From positions 29,331-93,330 of IMG/VR virus record IMGVR_UViG_3300030105_002498: a stretch of 64,000 nucleotides of DNA; one strand, given 5' to 3'. A program made the translations under genes and the position numbers. The stretch is from a virus. The notes beneath the pieces were generated by a model. That model was not told the DNA's origin and did not search any database. It saw only the letters and a list, made by a program, of their open reading frames with translations. Of this stretch, positions 7,039-18,279 are shown piece by piece; the first letter of the stretch is position 1; the number at the start of each line of letters is the position of its first letter.

Positions 7039-7383
7039 ATGTTCACACTATTTAAAAAACACACAGAGGAAGTTTATACAGAAGATGGTATAGAAACTAG
7101 CTGGTGTTTAGAATCAGGATTACTTTTAGAAATTAGTCCTGTTAAAGAACAAGAAATTGGACTGGCAACAGCCTTAATGGAATTACATAAATCCGCTGAT
7201 ATTGCAGAGGACTTAACCCTGAGTTTCAATAAGAGGAGGGAACTTCTGCAATACAAAGAAGAAGAACTAGCACGTCGTGCTTATCTAGATAGTTTAGAGG
7301 AGGGGAGATTTGTTAGTAGGCAGGAAGGAATTTTTATTAAAGACCCAACAAAAGGATTCGATTTAGCCTTTGATTTTGAATAA
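7039..7383 (+). CDS. hypothetical protein
   Basis: start moved to ATG 7039 (MFTLFKK), which avoids overlap with the previous gene. Confidence 0.65.
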   Translation: MFTLFKKHTEEVYTEDGIETSWCLESGLLLEISPVKEQEIGLATALMELHKSADIAEDLTLSFNKRRELLQYKEEELARRAYLDSLEEGRFVSRQEGIFIKDPTKGFDLAFDFE

Positions 7384-7390
7384 ATATAAT

Positions 7391-9619
7391 ATGGCAAAGA
7401 AAGAGATATTAGATGAATGGTTTGCAAGTGGTGCAGACTCAGAGTACAAGGAAGGTAAACTAAATTCCATCAGAAACCCTGAAGGGATTTGGATTAATAG
7501 TTCTGTGTTTAGAGAAGAGGGAGACCACTTTATGAAACATGGTTATTACTGTGCAGACCCTTGGGGTTCTCCTGCATGGTATGACTATTGGGAGGAGCAA
7601 AGGAATAGATGTATAATAGGATATACTGTTGGTGGTGTCAAGGTAACTGGAGACCATTACTCTTATCTAAATTTTTGTCCAATACAGAAAGCTGAAGATG
7701 CTGGAGCAAAAAGAACAAAGAAGATTAAAGGCTTTCCAGATTTTTGGGATGGAGATTATAATTACTTCTGGATTAGGGAGATTGCAAGGTATGGTGTATT
7801 CGAGGCTACTGAAGAGGGGCATGATGATAACCACGCCTTTCTTAAAATGGACACTATGGGACAAGCTGTTGAGATGAAGAAAAGATTTGAAAGTCTTAAA
7901 CTTGAAGTTGTCCTTGAAGCTGATTGTCTTAGTGGAGGTTGGAATTTGATTGTAGGTAAGTCAAGACGTAAAGGTTACTCTTACAAATCTGCTGCTGCTG
8001 CATCAAGAAATTATTTTACTAAGCCGAACTCCTACACTATTTTTGCAGCCTATGAAAAAAAGTATCTTTATCCAAAGGGACTTCTTACGATGGCAGTAAA
8101 CAATATTAACTTTATGAATGGTAACACAGGTTGGGCAATGCCTTCTGATGTTGTCCAAAAGCAAGACCATATTAGAGCATCTTATATTCAGTATAAGAAT
8201 GGTATCAAACTTGAGAAAGGTTTTATGTCAGAGATTCAAGGACTTACCTTTAAAGATAATGCTGATGCTGCCAGGGGAAAAGATGCTGAAGAAGTTTACT
8301 TTGAGGAGTCAGGAGCTTTTGGTACACCTGGACTATTAAAGAAAGCATATAAAGCAACGGAAGATTGTGTCATGGCTGGAGCTATAAAAACAGGGATGAT
8401 AACAATATTTGGTACATCTGGAGATATGCAAGGTGGTACTGCTGATTATGCAGACATGCACTCAAGACCTAAAGCCTTTGGATTATTACCATTTAAGAAT
8501 ATTTGGGATGAAGATATGGAAAGTACTGTCTCAGGATTCTTCCACCCTATTACATGGAACATGGAGGGGCAGGATTTACACACAGGTAAACCATTCTATG
8601 ACAAGCAAGGTAACTCAGATAAAGTTGCTGCGGATAGATTTGAGATGGAGTACAGAGCCGAACTTATTAAGAATGGAGCAACATCAACTGAGATTCAAGC
8701 AAGAATGCAGGAGAAGCCTCGTGGACCAGGAGAAGCATTTGCTTCAGTTTCCGTGAACAATTTTCCAGTAGTTGAATTGAAGAAGAGATTACAACTTGTA
8801 AAAGGTAAGCAATTACATAAGACTCATGCTACACCAGTTGAGCTATACATGGAGAAAGGTCAAGTGAAAGCTAAGATGTTACTTGATGGTAAAGCTACTC
8901 CAATAGATAGTTACAATAATGTACCCACAGATAAAAGAGGAGTTGTTCAGATTTATGAACAACCTATTTATGACCCACCAAAAGGATTATATAAAATTGG
9001 ATATGATCCTGTCAGACAAGATATTGGACCATCATTGGCAGCTATCATAGTTTATAAGAGTGTGCATACAGGAAGTCTCTATCATAATATTATTGTGGCT
9101 GAGTACATTGGGAGACGAGAATCTCCTGAAGACATGGACAGAATTGCTGCCATGTTAGCAAAATTGTACAACACTCAAATCATGCACGAGAACGAGGTGA
9201 CAGGTGTTAAGAATTATTTCAGAAGAACAAAACAATTACACCTACTTGCTGCTCAACCTGATGCAGTTATTAGTAAGAATATTAAGAAGTCTAAGGTAGC
9301 CAGGGTTTTTGGATGTCACATGAATGAGATGCTTAAAGATGCAGGAGAAAGATATGTGAAGGAGTGGTTACTTACAGTACTAGACTTTGATGAGAATGGA
9401 GACCCAGTTACAGTTATAGATAGAATCTACTCTGTAAGAATGTTAGAAGAACTTATTGCATATAATAGGAAAGGTAATTTTGATTTACTTTCTGCGTTCT
9501 TTATGTGCATGTTCCAAGTGCAAGAAGAGACACTAGGTAAAAAGCATAGTACAAACAAGAAAAATAAAAATGCAAAAAAACTTCTTAAAATGATGGATAA
9601 AATGCACAAAAAGAATTAA
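7391..9619 (+). CDS. terL: terminase large subunit
   Basis: Walker A-like GKSRRKGYS, Walker B VYFEESG, coupling motif FGT, nuclease IGYDPV; start at ATG 7391. Confidence 0.93.
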   Translation: MAKKEILDEWFASGADSEYKEGKLNSIRNPEGIWINSSVFREEGDHFMKHGYYCADPWGSPAWYDYWEEQRNRCIIGYTVGGVKVTGDHYSYLNFCPIQKAEDAGAKRTKKIKGFPDFWDGDYNYFWIREIARYGVFEATEEGHDDNHAFLKMDTMGQAVEMKKRFESLKLEVVLEADCLSGGWNLIVGKSRRKGYSYKSAAAASRNYFTKPNSYTIFAAYEKKYLYPKGLLTMAVNNINFMNGNTGWAMPSDVVQKQDHIRASYIQYKNGIKLEKGFMSEIQGLTFKDNADAARGKDAEEVYFEESGAFGTPGLLKKAYKATEDCVMAGAIKTGMITIFGTSGDMQGGTADYADMHSRPKAFGLLPFKNIWDEDMESTVSGFFHPITWNMEGQDLHTGKPFYDKQGNSDKVAADRFEMEYRAELIKNGATSTEIQARMQEKPRGPGEAFASVSVNNFPVVELKKRLQLVKGKQLHKTHATPVELYMEKGQVKAKMLLDGKATPIDSYNNVPTDKRGVVQIYEQPIYDPPKGLYKIGYDPVRQDIGPSLAAIIVYKSVHTGSLYHNIIVAEYIGRRESPEDMDRIAAMLAKLYNTQIMHENEVTGVKNYFRRTKQLHLLAAQPDAVISKNIKKSKVARVFGCHMNEMLKDAGERYVKEWLLTVLDFDENGDPVTVIDRIYSVRMLEELIAYNRKGNFDLLSAFFMCMFQVQEETLGKKHSTNKKNKNAKKLLKMMDKMHKKN

Positions 9620-9639
9620 CTTGCATAAAACTTGACTTA

Positions 9640-12048
9640 ATGAAAAAAATTACTCAGAACCAACGACTAAGTACTTCTGCTAAAAAAGCAGAGGACTTTA
9701 GCTGGTATAAAGAACAGGCGGATTTATTGGACACTCAACAGAACGGAGGTACTGGGTATGGTGATATAACAGATTACAAGAGACAAAAAGTAAACTACGA
9801 TCTTTTTAATAACATTCTTAATTTATCTGACTTCGAGTATGTTTGCCAACCTTATGGTGCAGATGTAGGAGAATTGCCAGCAACAATGGTAAATAGAGAT
9901 ATTGTATCAGGAAAGATCAAAGCTATGCTAGGTATGGAAATGAAGAGGTCTTTTTCCTGGAAAGTTATTGCCACTAATCCTGAAGCCACTACACGAAGAG
10001 AAGATGAAGAGTTCAAAAGGATTAGAGAATTTGTCATTAGCTCCATCATGCAACCAATTAGGCAAGAGGCTGAAGTGAAAGCTCAACAACAAATGAAGAG
10101 TGCTGGGGAATTAAGTCAACAACAAATTGAAAAGATACAACAACAAGTAGAAGCGGAGACAAAACAAATGACTCCAGATAGTGTACGAAAGTACATGGAG
10201 AGAGACCATCAAGACCCTGCTGAAGTTTTATCCCACCAATTACTAGAATACCTAATACAAAAATGTGACCTTAAAAGAAAATTTAATGATGCCTTTAAGC
10301 ATGGTTTATTATCTGCCAAAGGTATTATGTATGTAGGTACTATGAATGGAGAGCCTGAAGCTTGGAATGTAAATTCTATTAGGTTTAATTGTGAAAAGTC
10401 TACTGACACTCCTTTTACTCAAGATGGGGAATGGGCAACTTGTGAATACAGAATGACTCCTTCAGAAGTAATTGCTAGATTCAATGATGAGTTGACTCAA
10501 AAAGAAATTGATAAAGTCTATAGTGACTTTGCAAATTATACTCAGAGTAAGCTCCGAGATAACATTTTTAGCTTTAACGATAGCGATGATGAAGAGGATT
10601 ACGCAACTGTCAGAGTATTACATTGTACCTGGAAGTCTTTAAGAAAGATTGGATTCCTTACTTTTGTCAATGAGCAAGGTGAGGAGCAGGAAGTTATAGT
10701 AGACGAAAGCTATGAGATGGATATATATTCAGGAGATATTTCTGTAGATTGGAAATGGATTCCAGAAGTATATGAAACGTGGAAGATTGGTTCAGACATT
10801 TACAAGCACATGAGACCTATTCCAGGTCAATTTAAAGATATTGAAAACTTATATTACTGTAAGCTTCCTTACTATGGAGTGATTTATGATAATATGAACT
10901 CTCAAGAGACAGCTCTTATGGATAGATTGAAAGTCTACCAGTACTACTACAACATTGTAATGTACAGATTAGAGTTGCTTTTAGCATCTGACAAAGGGAA
11001 GAAAGTGATGATGAACATTAATGCTATTCCAGATAGTGCTGGTATCGACATTGAGAAATGGAAATACTACATGGATGCATCACCAGTAATGTGGTATGAC
11101 CCTAATGAAGAAGGGGTAGAATACAATGATGTAAACACCATGGCTAAGACTATTGATTTGTCTTTAGCTTCTGATATTGGAAAATATATTGAACTTGCTG
11201 AATACTTAAAGCAACAAGCTGGACTCTCTGTAGGAATTACTCCTGGAGTTGAAGGACAAACTGGAGCTTATGAAGGTAAAGGTAATGCTCAACAAAACTT
11301 AATTCAATCATCACATATATTAGAACCTTACTTTGATTTACATAATCACTTAAAGAAAAGTGTGTTACAAGCATTACTTGAGACTGCTAAAATTGCTTAC
11401 GCTAATTCAGGTAAGAAAAAGCTAACTTACATTTTGGACGACTTTAGTAGAAAGATTATTGATTTAGACATAGCTCTATTGGATAATTCTACTCTAGGTT
11501 TATTTGTATCTAATGCAGCTAAAGCTGAAGAAGCTCAAGAATTAGTAAGAACTCTTGCTCACGCTGCACTACAGGCTCAGAAAGTTGAGTTCTCAGATGT
11601 ACTAGCTGTTGTTAAACAGACTGGAATTGTTGAAGCTGAAGAGACTCTTAAAGCTGCTGAACAAGTAAGAAGAGAACATGAACAAAAATCACAACAAGAG
11701 CAGCTACAAGCAAATGCAGAAGAGGCTGACAAAGCAAGAGAGTTTATCAAAGAGACATGGGAGCATGAAGCTAACATGATTAGACTCAAAGAAGAAGAAA
11801 GAAGAGAAACAGAGATTGTTAAAGGTGGTCTCATGGCTGCATCCTTTAATCCTGACATGGATAAAGATCAAGATGGAGTGAATGATTTCATTGAAATAGC
11901 TAGAGATGGACTTGATGCAGACATTAAACAATCTGCCCAACAACTAGCAAGAGAGAAATTTGAACATGATAAGATAGTCCATCAAGATAAAATGGATAAC
12001 GAAGAGAAAAAAATGGAAGCTAATGCTGCTAAAGCAGTACAAAAATAG
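9640..12048 (+). CDS. portal protein
   Basis: 802 aa directly after terL, with coiled-coil C-terminus; crAss-like gene order terL-portal-scaffold-MCP. Confidence 0.88.
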   Translation: MKKITQNQRLSTSAKKAEDFSWYKEQADLLDTQQNGGTGYGDITDYKRQKVNYDLFNNILNLSDFEYVCQPYGADVGELPATMVNRDIVSGKIKAMLGMEMKRSFSWKVIATNPEATTRREDEEFKRIREFVISSIMQPIRQEAEVKAQQQMKSAGELSQQQIEKIQQQVEAETKQMTPDSVRKYMERDHQDPAEVLSHQLLEYLIQKCDLKRKFNDAFKHGLLSAKGIMYVGTMNGEPEAWNVNSIRFNCEKSTDTPFTQDGEWATCEYRMTPSEVIARFNDELTQKEIDKVYSDFANYTQSKLRDNIFSFNDSDDEEDYATVRVLHCTWKSLRKIGFLTFVNEQGEEQEVIVDESYEMDIYSGDISVDWKWIPEVYETWKIGSDIYKHMRPIPGQFKDIENLYYCKLPYYGVIYDNMNSQETALMDRLKVYQYYYNIVMYRLELLLASDKGKKVMMNINAIPDSAGIDIEKWKYYMDASPVMWYDPNEEGVEYNDVNTMAKTIDLSLASDIGKYIELAEYLKQQAGLSVGITPGVEGQTGAYEGKGNAQQNLIQSSHILEPYFDLHNHLKKSVLQALLETAKIAYANSGKKKLTYILDDFSRKIIDLDIALLDNSTLGLFVSNAAKAEEAQELVRTLAHAALQAQKVEFSDVLAVVKQTGIVEAEETLKAAEQVRREHEQKSQQEQLQANAEEADKAREFIKETWEHEANMIRLKEEERRETEIVKGGLMAASFNPDMDKDQDGVNDFIEIARDGLDADIKQSAQQLAREKFEHDKIVHQDKMDNEEKKMEANAAKAVQK

Positions 12049-12091
12049 AAAAAAGCTATTACATTAGTAAAATTAAAAATTAAGTTTTATA

Positions 12092-12123
12092 CTTGAAATT
12101 CTTAAAGTAAAATATTAAATTTG
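12092..12123 (+). promoter_or_regulatory. promoter for scaffold and capsid genes
   Basis: CTTG (12092-12095), 20 nt, TAAATTTG (12116-12123). Confidence 0.7.
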
Positions 12124-12130
12124 TATCACA

Positions 12131-13330
12131 ATGGCAAAACAAGAAGAAAATTTAGATGACTTTGGAGGTTGGGAACAACAGACAGAAGCAATGGACTTTT
12201 TCGGAAGTTCAGAAGAGGTAGTCAGCTACGCACCTAAAAAAGAAGATGAAGTCGAGGGAAAAGCAGCTTCATCAGAAAAGAAAGCAAAAAAAGAAGAGGA
12301 AGGTGTCCACTTCTTTGGAGAAGATGATGAGCCTGAAGCAGCTCCCAATCCAAAAGAGGATGAGGAAGAAGACGCAGTAGCAGATATTCTAGATGATTCG
12401 GAAGAAGAAGAATCTGAAGGAGGTGCTAATTTAGATGATGAATCTGAAGTTCAAACTGGTTCTCTTGGAACTTTAGCTCACTTAAAAGAGAAAGGTCTTA
12501 TGGACTATGAACTCGAAGAGGGAGAAGAGTTGACAGAAGAGAAAGCTGCAACAATTATTGAAGATAACTGGGAAACTGGTATTGAAGATAGAGTTGGAGA
12601 ATTGTTAGAAGACTTACCACAATCAGTTAAAGACTTGAATAAGTTTGCAATGGCAGGTGGAGATGTTGGAAAATTTTTTGCTGCATTCGCTAAAGGAGTT
12701 CCTTCAACAGGAGATTTAGATATGAGTATAGTAGCTGACCAAGAGTCTCTAGTAAGGGAATCTTTAAAAGCTGAAGGATATGATAAAGACTATGTTGATA
12801 CTCAATTAGACTTCTTAAAAGATTCTAATAAGTTGAAAGTCTTTGCTGAGAATAAGAAAGCTAAACAAGATCAGGCAAAAGAAACTGAAAGTGCAGAACT
12901 AGCTACGTCTCAAAGAGCTGCTGCAACAGCGAGAAAGAACCAACTCAAACAAACTAAGACTGCCCTCTCAGGAAGTATTAACAAATTAGAGGATGTAAAA
13001 GGCATTACATTATCTAAACAAGACAAGAAAGAATTACCAACCTATATGGTTGATAGAAATATAAAGCTGCAAAATGGAAGTTCAATAACTACCATGCAGA
13101 AAGATTTAATGGAAGCTTTGCAAGATGAAGGTAAAGCTCTGTTCATTGCTAAACTTTTAAGAACTGATTTTGACCTAACTGAAATTCAATCAAAAGTCGA
13201 GGAAAAGATTACCAAGAAAGTGAAGGATGGCATCCGAAGAAATACCAAGGATGTTAAGGGAGGCAAAAGCTCAAGTTCTAGAAATAGTACTAAGCCTAAA
13301 AAGTCTCTGGCGGATTATTTTAACGATTAA
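12131..13330 (+). CDS. putative capsid scaffolding protein
   Basis: highly acidic disordered N-terminus, helical C-terminus, located between portal and MCP. Confidence 0.7.
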   Translation: MAKQEENLDDFGGWEQQTEAMDFFGSSEEVVSYAPKKEDEVEGKAASSEKKAKKEEEGVHFFGEDDEPEAAPNPKEDEEEDAVADILDDSEEEESEGGANLDDESEVQTGSLGTLAHLKEKGLMDYELEEGEELTEEKAATIIEDNWETGIEDRVGELLEDLPQSVKDLNKFAMAGGDVGKFFAAFAKGVPSTGDLDMSIVADQESLVRESLKAEGYDKDYVDTQLDFLKDSNKLKVFAENKKAKQDQAKETESAELATSQRAAATARKNQLKQTKTALSGSINKLEDVKGITLSKQDKKELPTYMVDRNIKLQNGSSITTMQKDLMEALQDEGKALFIAKLLRTDFDLTEIQSKVEEKITKKVKDGIRRNTKDVKGGKSSSSRNSTKPKKSLADYFND

Positions 13331-13355
13331 TTTTAAATTTTAAAACAAATTATTT

Positions 13356-14813
13356 ATGGCAACTCTTGGTAGTAAGCTAATTACTAAAGAAATGGAATGG
13401 AGTGCGAATATGACAGAGCAATCTCACTTAGGGAGAGCATTGTTAGCAAAGCCTCATAAATTCATAGACCAGATGGACCAGTTGTTTTCTGCACAAAACT
13501 ACTACTCGGATAATCCGATGTCTAGTATGTTGATGGGTAACAAGAAAACAGAGGAAACTATCGCTGCTACAGAATGGGAGTGGGATTTGAAAGGTGCAAA
13601 TACAAGACCATTAGTTGTCTTGGAAAATATTTTACCTGCTTCAGATACGACTCCTGGTAAGTTCCGAAGAACTTTCCGAATTAAATTGGATGAGAATTGG
13701 TATGTACCTGGTGATGTAATCACTCCTGGAACATCTAATAAAAGATTCCAATGTCGAATTATGGATGAAGTAGTCCGTCATGGTGATGGATGGATTTATA
13801 CAGTTCGTCTAATGTCTGATGACCCTGCTTTATCTCTCCCAGTTAAGTACTTAGCTCCTGGGACACAATGGGCAAAACTGTACTCTCAATACGAAGAGGC
13901 AGCAGAACAATCAGGTAGTACTCAATACAGCTTACCTATTTCTCTTAGAAATAAGATGGGTAAGTTTAGAAAGAAGTACAAAGTAACTGATTACGCTTCA
14001 ACAGAAGTACTTGCAGTAAAAGTACCAGATAGCAAAGGGAAATACCATGATTCATGGATTCGCTATGCAGAGGTAGAATACTGGCAACAATGGTACAGAG
14101 AGTTGGAAAGAGGGTACTGGTACTCAAGAAGTACTGATACAGTTATTGGAGCAAATGGTAGACCAGTAAGGTCAGGTCCAGGAATCCAACAACAATTGGA
14201 AGATTCTCATATTCACAGATATTCTCACTTAACTACTAAGTTAATTGAAGAGTACTTGATGGACATTTTCTACTCACGAGTTAAGCCAGGTAAAGGTCGT
14301 TCTATCAAAGGATTTACAGGTGAATATGGTATGCTTGCATTCCATAGAGCTGTACAAGACTGGATGAACAAATCTGGTTTCATTAAGAATTTCGAGATAT
14401 TCTCAAACAAAGTTGGCTCTCCTTACCATACTAATGCGTTAGAAGGTGGATTCCAATTTGTAAAATACAACATGGCAAATGGTACTAGTCTTGAATTAGT
14501 CCACAATCCATTGTATGATGACAGAGAAATCAATTTCGAGATTGACCCTATCACAGGTTTCCCTGTAGAGTCACAACGAATCACTTTCATGGACTTCTCT
14601 GGAGAAGGGAATAAGTCTAATATGAAGTTAATCAATAAAAAAGATGGATTTGCGTTCACTTATATTGAAGGACTTTATGGACCTTACGGACCTAAGAAAG
14701 GTGGAAGTTCTGCTCACTCAGGTTCTTACTATGAAATGCACGTTGAGAAATCTTGTGGACTTCACATTCACGATGTTACAAGATGTGGTGAATTGATTCT
14801 TTCAAGAAACTAA
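13356..14813 (+). CDS. major capsid protein
   Basis: 485 aa with crAss-type features (EWEWDL, EQSGS, YYEMH); position; followed by a terminator. Confidence 0.9.
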   Translation: MATLGSKLITKEMEWSANMTEQSHLGRALLAKPHKFIDQMDQLFSAQNYYSDNPMSSMLMGNKKTEETIAATEWEWDLKGANTRPLVVLENILPASDTTPGKFRRTFRIKLDENWYVPGDVITPGTSNKRFQCRIMDEVVRHGDGWIYTVRLMSDDPALSLPVKYLAPGTQWAKLYSQYEEAAEQSGSTQYSLPISLRNKMGKFRKKYKVTDYASTEVLAVKVPDSKGKYHDSWIRYAEVEYWQQWYRELERGYWYSRSTDTVIGANGRPVRSGPGIQQQLEDSHIHRYSHLTTKLIEEYLMDIFYSRVKPGKGRSIKGFTGEYGMLAFHRAVQDWMNKSGFIKNFEIFSNKVGSPYHTNALEGGFQFVKYNMANGTSLELVHNPLYDDREINFEIDPITGFPVESQRITFMDFSGEGNKSNMKLINKKDGFAFTYIEGLYGPYGPKKGGSSAHSGSYYEMHVEKSCGLHIHDVTRCGELILSRN

Positions 14814-14844
14814 TCGAATTTTAAGTGTGAACAAATAGTTTTGT

Positions 14845-14887
14845 AAGAGAAGGGAGGAACTTAAACCTCCTCCTTTCTTCTTTTTTT
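14845..14887 (+). terminator. intrinsic terminator after MCP
   Basis: GGAGG (14853-14857) / CCTCC (14866-14870) core with purine/pyrimidine extensions and a T tract. Confidence 0.65.
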
Positions 14888-14913
14888 AGCATCATCAATA
14901 AATAAAAAAAATC

Positions 14914-15711
14914 ATGAGTTTAAAAGTAGAAGTAAGACCAATAGAAAGAAAGACATGGCATGGAAAAACTGGACATGAATCTTTTAAAAGACCTGTCAAG
15001 TTAAAAGCATTAGTCGATGGAGATACTATGGAGTATGCAACAGGAATGAGTCCTCAAGAAATTAAAGAGTATTCAGAGATTTTAGGACAGAATTTAAGTC
15101 CTATTTTCAATCCAGATACTCCTCACCCATTTTGGGATTCAGCTATGGCTACTATAAATTTAGAGAACAGCACATTGTTTCTCGACCCCCAAAGACCAAT
15201 TGAATTCGTGAAAATCAAATTCATGAAAGCAAGTAGATTCGTTGCAAACTCTATGAGAGAATACGAACAAGGTTTATTCCCAGATGCTACGCATGTGATT
15301 AGTGACGAAAGAGAAGAAGTGGATGCAAGAGCAAGTAAAATTGAAATGAAAAAGAACGCAGTTATTAAATCTGCGGGACTTGGAAAAGAAAGAAAGATAA
15401 GTTTGATTATGGTACTTGCAGGTAAAAACCTTAAAGGAAAATCAGACAATTTCATTGAAGTAGAATTGGACAAAATTGTTCAAGGACAATCAAGAGAAGT
15501 TTTAAGACATATTGATATGGATGCAGAAGATGTATCAGCACATGCTTTAGTCTTAGAATGTTTACAGAAAAGTGTACTTATGAAACAAGGACACAAAATT
15601 TTCTACCATGACAACTTCTTAGGAGGTGACGTATTAGATGTGATAACCTACTTAAAACAACCAGATAACCAACAATTGAAATTAAGATTGATGGCTGCTG
15701 TTAACGATTAA
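14914..15711 (+). CDS. conserved crAss-like protein downstream of MCP
   Basis: 265-aa ORF at a conserved position; function unknown. Confidence 0.75.
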   Translation: MSLKVEVRPIERKTWHGKTGHESFKRPVKLKALVDGDTMEYATGMSPQEIKEYSEILGQNLSPIFNPDTPHPFWDSAMATINLENSTLFLDPQRPIEFVKIKFMKASRFVANSMREYEQGLFPDATHVISDEREEVDARASKIEMKKNAVIKSAGLGKERKISLIMVLAGKNLKGKSDNFIEVELDKIVQGQSREVLRHIDMDAEDVSAHALVLECLQKSVLMKQGHKIFYHDNFLGGDVLDVITYLKQPDNQQLKLRLMAAVND

Positions 15712-15713
15712 TT

Positions 15714-16421
15714 ATGACTATAAAGGAAATGCACTTTGACGTAAAGATGAAGCTTAATAAAGTGGATAGCCAAAGCTATAGGAATCTAAAAGTTCCTGAG
15801 ATAGATTGGGCATTGAATGAAGCTTTAGAACTCTTTATTAAAATGGTAGCTTTCCCTAGGATTAAGACTCGACTAGGTTTTGAAAATGTACAAAGAAATA
15901 CAGATAATATTAGGACTCTAGTGATTTCATCAGGAACTTTACCAGTAGTTGGAAATGTTTTTCCAATTACAGGTCCTTTAAACTACTGGCACTTTATTTC
16001 TGGAAATGTTACTATAACAAAAGAGAATTGCACAAAACAAGCAAGAATAAAGATTAGACAACACGATGATGAATTTGAGTCTAGTCCTTTTGATAAATCT
16101 TCATTTGAGTGGAGAACTGTGAATGCAGTTTTTAATTCAGGAGGATTGAGTTTTTTTACCGACGGTACATTTGCAATAACAAGTGCAGAAATTCAGTACG
16201 TGAGGCGACCTGCCTATATACACAATGCTGGAGATTATGCAGGAGGGACGTATATTTTACCATCTGGTGTAACTTTATCTGGTACGCAAGATTGCGAATT
16301 GCCAATGGAGACACACCGAGAGATTGTGGATATTGCAGTTTTAATTCTATCAGGACAACTTCAAACTTCTGATTACCAATTGAAATTCAGTAAACTCAAC
16401 TTTAACAACTTAAATAACTAA
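15714..16421 (+). CDS. head-tail ring/adaptor protein
   Basis: EIDWALNEA...YVRRP...CELPMETHREIVDIAV pattern of crAss-like ring proteins. Confidence 0.75.
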   Translation: MTIKEMHFDVKMKLNKVDSQSYRNLKVPEIDWALNEALELFIKMVAFPRIKTRLGFENVQRNTDNIRTLVISSGTLPVVGNVFPITGPLNYWHFISGNVTITKENCTKQARIKIRQHDDEFESSPFDKSSFEWRTVNAVFNSGGLSFFTDGTFAITSAEIQYVRRPAYIHNAGDYAGGTYILPSGVTLSGTQDCELPMETHREIVDIAVLILSGQLQTSDYQLKFSKLNFNNLNN

Positions 16422-16425
16422 CGTT

Positions 16426-17643
16426 ATGTCAATTAACAATGATGTTTTTACAGTAATTGTATCAACAGGAAACTCTGCACTTATTGCAGCAGGAAATCCA
16501 ATCTCTGCTTTAGCAGTTAACCAAATGGGATTCTTTGATGCTAAGACAAACCTCTCTATCACTACACCAGCGAGAGAATTCTTTATCGCAATTGGTAAAG
16601 ATACTACTGGTGGAGCTGTGGTAAATGAGATTAAAACTTCAGCAGGACAAAAAGTCCAAAAGGAGAACATTCGAGCTTTAAGCTTTAGAGAGCACTCAGC
16701 TTCACAACCAATGATTGTGAAAGTAGCAGATTATGCTGCTGATTGTGATTCAGACTACACTATCAGAGTGGAGTTTAGAAATCAAGAAATTTATCGAAGA
16801 CAAGGGTACAACCAATTTACAAAAGCATATTCAGTAAGAACTGCTTGTTGTGAAGATTGTGCATCATGTCCTTCAGGAGATGCTAACGAAATCACTAGTC
16901 TTTTGATTAATGAGATAGCAATTCAAAAAGATGGATTGTTGACTACAAACCCAATTGCAAGACAGGCTATGACAATTGCAACACAAGGGGTAGCTGCAAA
17001 CTATGCTGCTGGAGATGTTATTCTTGTAGCTGATTTAGCTGTAATGATTGCATACAATGCAGTTCAGACTGATGATACTTTGAAAGTATATAGTGACATT
17101 GAGTTAACTAGTACTGAATTAGCTATCAAAGCTTTCTGTGCTATTAACGTGGCTTACTTCAAACCAAGACAAACTGAATTAATCATCTCTTTAGTTGATG
17201 GATTTGGATGTACTGGAACAGTAAGTACAACTCAAAACCTTGCTTATGAAGAAGGACATGGGTATGATGTACAACAAAAAGAATACCATGCAGGTGGATG
17301 GGATAACAACCCAGGACCATACCGAGTAAATGTATCAACAGGATTAGCGAGAGCTATTAACTATGATGCAGTTGTCTCTGAAAAGTATGACCAATTTGCA
17401 TTAACTTATGACCAATACTCAGTAGCAGGTTGGGGTGAAAACCGTAACAACCTAGCAACTATTGTTGCTATTCCTGCAACTAGTACAGTTACAAGAAATA
17501 GTTTTGCTACAGTTTTAGATGCGGTTACCGCAGGATTAGGTTTTGACCCTTTAGCTAACGATGCTGCTGCGGCAAATGTTAATCCAGCAATTGTTGTACC
17601 TACGACTGATATTGATGATGTTACATTGGATGGAGATGCCTAA
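16426..17643 (+). CDS. virion structural protein (auxiliary capsid protein-like)
   Basis: Ala/Thr/Val-rich beta protein in the virion module; exact role inferred from position. Confidence 0.6.
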   Translation: MSINNDVFTVIVSTGNSALIAAGNPISALAVNQMGFFDAKTNLSITTPAREFFIAIGKDTTGGAVVNEIKTSAGQKVQKENIRALSFREHSASQPMIVKVADYAADCDSDYTIRVEFRNQEIYRRQGYNQFTKAYSVRTACCEDCASCPSGDANEITSLLINEIAIQKDGLLTTNPIARQAMTIATQGVAANYAAGDVILVADLAVMIAYNAVQTDDTLKVYSDIELTSTELAIKAFCAINVAYFKPRQTELIISLVDGFGCTGTVSTTQNLAYEEGHGYDVQQKEYHAGGWDNNPGPYRVNVSTGLARAINYDAVVSEKYDQFALTYDQYSVAGWGENRNNLATIVAIPATSTVTRNSFATVLDAVTAGLGFDPLANDAAAANVNPAIVVPTTDIDDVTLDGDA

Positions 17644-17686
17644 TTAGGTATCTTCTCCAATCTTTTAACATTGGAAAAGACCATTT

Positions 17687-18262
17687 ATGATTATAGTAAA
17701 TGACATAAACATTAGCAGCGATAGCTCATCATTAGATGTGTCTATTGCTGCTCCTGTCGGTGAAGTCTTTGTTTCAGGTAGTATTTGGACTTCAAGTACT
17801 TACAAGAGCCTTACGACTTTGATTGACCTAACATCTTTAATGAGTGGAACACTATTAGAGGTTTTTTCTATTCCAGTAGCTACTATTGGAGAAACAGCTT
17901 TTAATGGAGTTTTCTTTTTAGAGTTTACTACAGATTTGGGAACTACTAGGACTGTAGCTGTAAGTAATTTGACAATTTACAACCAATGTATTTTAGATAA
18001 ATTACTCAAGGTTACTTTAATTGATTGTACACCTGTAGAAGTTAATGATTGTAATGAATCAGAACCTTCCACTATCTCTACAATAAACACTTTTTTAGAG
18101 GGATTATATTTTGCCTTAGAGCAACAAGATTTTCTCTCAATTCAAAAAATCGAAATTTGCATACAAAAATTGTGTTGTAATGATTGTGGTTGTACTGATA
18201 CAACAAACACAGACAATCTTACAGGAAATACAATCTTTGCTAATGCCGTTGTAAAATATTAA
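17687..18262 (+). CDS. tail hub-like structural protein
   Basis: beta N-domain plus helical Cys-rich C-domain (CIQKLCCNDCGC); precedes the fibre genes. Confidence 0.55.
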   Translation: MIIVNDINISSDSSSLDVSIAAPVGEVFVSGSIWTSSTYKSLTTLIDLTSLMSGTLLEVFSIPVATIGETAFNGVFFLEFTTDLGTTRTVAVSNLTIYNQCILDKLLKVTLIDCTPVEVNDCNESEPSTISTINTFLEGLYFALEQQDFLSIQKIEICIQKLCCNDCGCTDTTNTDNLTGNTIFANAVVKY

Positions 18263-18279
18263 AATAAAATAAATAAGCT